DNA from: Rotaria sp.
Taxonomy: Eukaryota
DNA: 6,692 nucleotides
Direction of reading: 5' to 3'
Assembly (NCBI GenBank): GCA_905250055.1
Contig: CAJNOF010000081.1
Span: 61,301-67,992, forward strand
In this document: piece after piece, positions 5,836 through 6,692 of the stretch
How the letters are laid out: every line of letters starts with the position of its first letter
How positions within the stretch are numbered: position 1 is the first letter of the stretch
Translations under genes and position numbers: made by a program
The notes under the pieces: model-generated
The model's input: the letters and a program-made list of their open reading frames with translations, nothing else
Databases searched by the model: none
Told to the model about the DNA's origin: nothing

Positions 5836-6015
5836 ATAGTCGCAGTCTCCTTCATAGCTATTACCTTAATTTCCAGTCTAATGCCAAATATGTATGAGCA
5901 CCTCAGCATCCACAGGTGCTGAGGTGCTGAGAAGGTGCCGAGGTGCTGAGCAGGTGCTGAGGTGCTGAGGCGCTGAGCAGGTGCTGAGGTTCCAAATCTG
6001 CACTTTCCCCCTTGG
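5836..6015 (-). repeat. Minisatellite module copy 3: leader and trailer inverted, but array (5915-5989) reading GGTGCTGAG on the + strand
   Basis: The trailer 5836-5907 is the rc of 3395-3466 (68/72). The leader CTGCACTTTCCCCCTTGG (5998-6015) is the rc of the GGGGGAAAGTGCAG leader. The array between them keeps + polarity. Confidence 0.85.
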
Positions 6016-6405
6016 AACATGAGGGCCTAAGGAAGAATAAGAAGAATACCCCTGACTTTTGGCTACCTTTCAGTATGGGGTACTGTCCAAGGACAGTTTC
6101 GAAGGCCGGATATTTTTCCTGCAACTAGTACTAGTTACAGTTCTGGGCAGAAGGCCGGCCTGACTCAGAGTTCTTCTCGCTTAATCGCTTAAGCTCCCCT
6201 TACATGCTGACTAACCACATACGAGTTATAAAGGCTTTTTGTGTATGTCGACAATGTAATCAGTATGTTATCGGATGCATGGTCCGAGACACTACAACCG
6301 TTAGTGACTTGGCTAAGGTCATTCTATGTATGATGGTGCCGAAGTTCGAACACACTATCTTGTGGATATGAGTCGAACATCGAAACTATTCAGCCACAGC
6401 GGCTC

Positions 6406-6692
6406 GGACCTAAGGGTACTCGTATAATATAGTACTTAAGGACCTGAAGGTGTCCCCATAATATAGGACATGAGGAACTAAGGGTACCCCCATAATAGAG
6501 GACTGGAGACCCAAGCATACCCTCATAAAATAGAAGATGAGAACCCAAGGGTACCCCCATGATATAGGACTTAAGGACCCAAGGGTACCCCCATAATATA
6601 GGACTGGAGGACCTAAGGGTACCCCTATAATATAGGACTTGAGGGCCCACGGGTACCCCCATAATATAGGACTTGAGGACCTAAGGGTATCT
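6406..6692 (-). repeat. 34-bp satellite, mainly subfamily A, inverted orientation, about 8.5 units, truncated by the window end
   Basis: The segment reads ATAATATAGGACTTGAGGACCTAAGGGTACCCCC, the rc of the A consensus, repeatedly to the last base of the window. Confidence 0.9.

Larger units (their letters stand above)
3291..6015. repeat. 2.7-kb composite imperfect palindrome (foldback) with axis near 4655
   Basis: The order of blocks is mirrored: module, linker, B satellite, F2 arm | F2 arm, B satellite, linker, module. See the component features above. Confidence 0.75.

Noticed and set aside
5796-6124. ORFs 5796-6020 and 5903-6124 on the minus strand
   Set aside because: They translate the GGTGCTGAG minisatellite (STSAPAQHL-type repeats) and adjacent module flanks, so they are repeat artefacts.

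Overview
I found no supportable protein-coding gene, rRNA, tRNA or CRISPR array, and no multi-gene system of any kind. Almost the whole window is repetitive DNA arranged as nested inverted repeats, which fits eukaryotic heterochromatin or a Foldback-type transposon better than a prokaryotic gene neighbourhood. That taxon call is inference only. Map: 1-249 unassigned; 250-475 33-bp hairpin-forming tandem repeat built from GTAAC/GTTAC; 521-2092 about 46 head-to-tail copies of a 34-bp satellite (subfamily A, + orientation) with 374-bp and 204-bp higher-order repeats; 2093-2116 head-to-head junction; 2117-2254 four inverted satellite units; 2255-2386 GGTGCTGAG minisatellite module copy 1; 2387-3290 AT-rich unassigned spacer; 3291-6015 a 2.7-kb composite imperfect palindrome with its axis near 4655. 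The left arm of that palindrome runs module copy 2, linker, satellite subfamily B(+), and the right arm mirrors it. The arms are interrupted by arm-specific insertions: a 344-bp foldback and a 241-bp palindromic MITE-like element on the left, and a 228-bp MITE-like element with an 8-bp flanking duplication on the right. 6016-6405 is mostly unassigned. 6406-6692 is satellite A in inverted orientation, cut off by the window edge. Every ORF on the supplied track lies in or is generated by these repeats. The points most worth a second look are the nested foldback architecture, a minisatellite array that is flipped relative to its own conserved flanks, and a repeat unit that occurs only as inverted pairs with both junction polarities.
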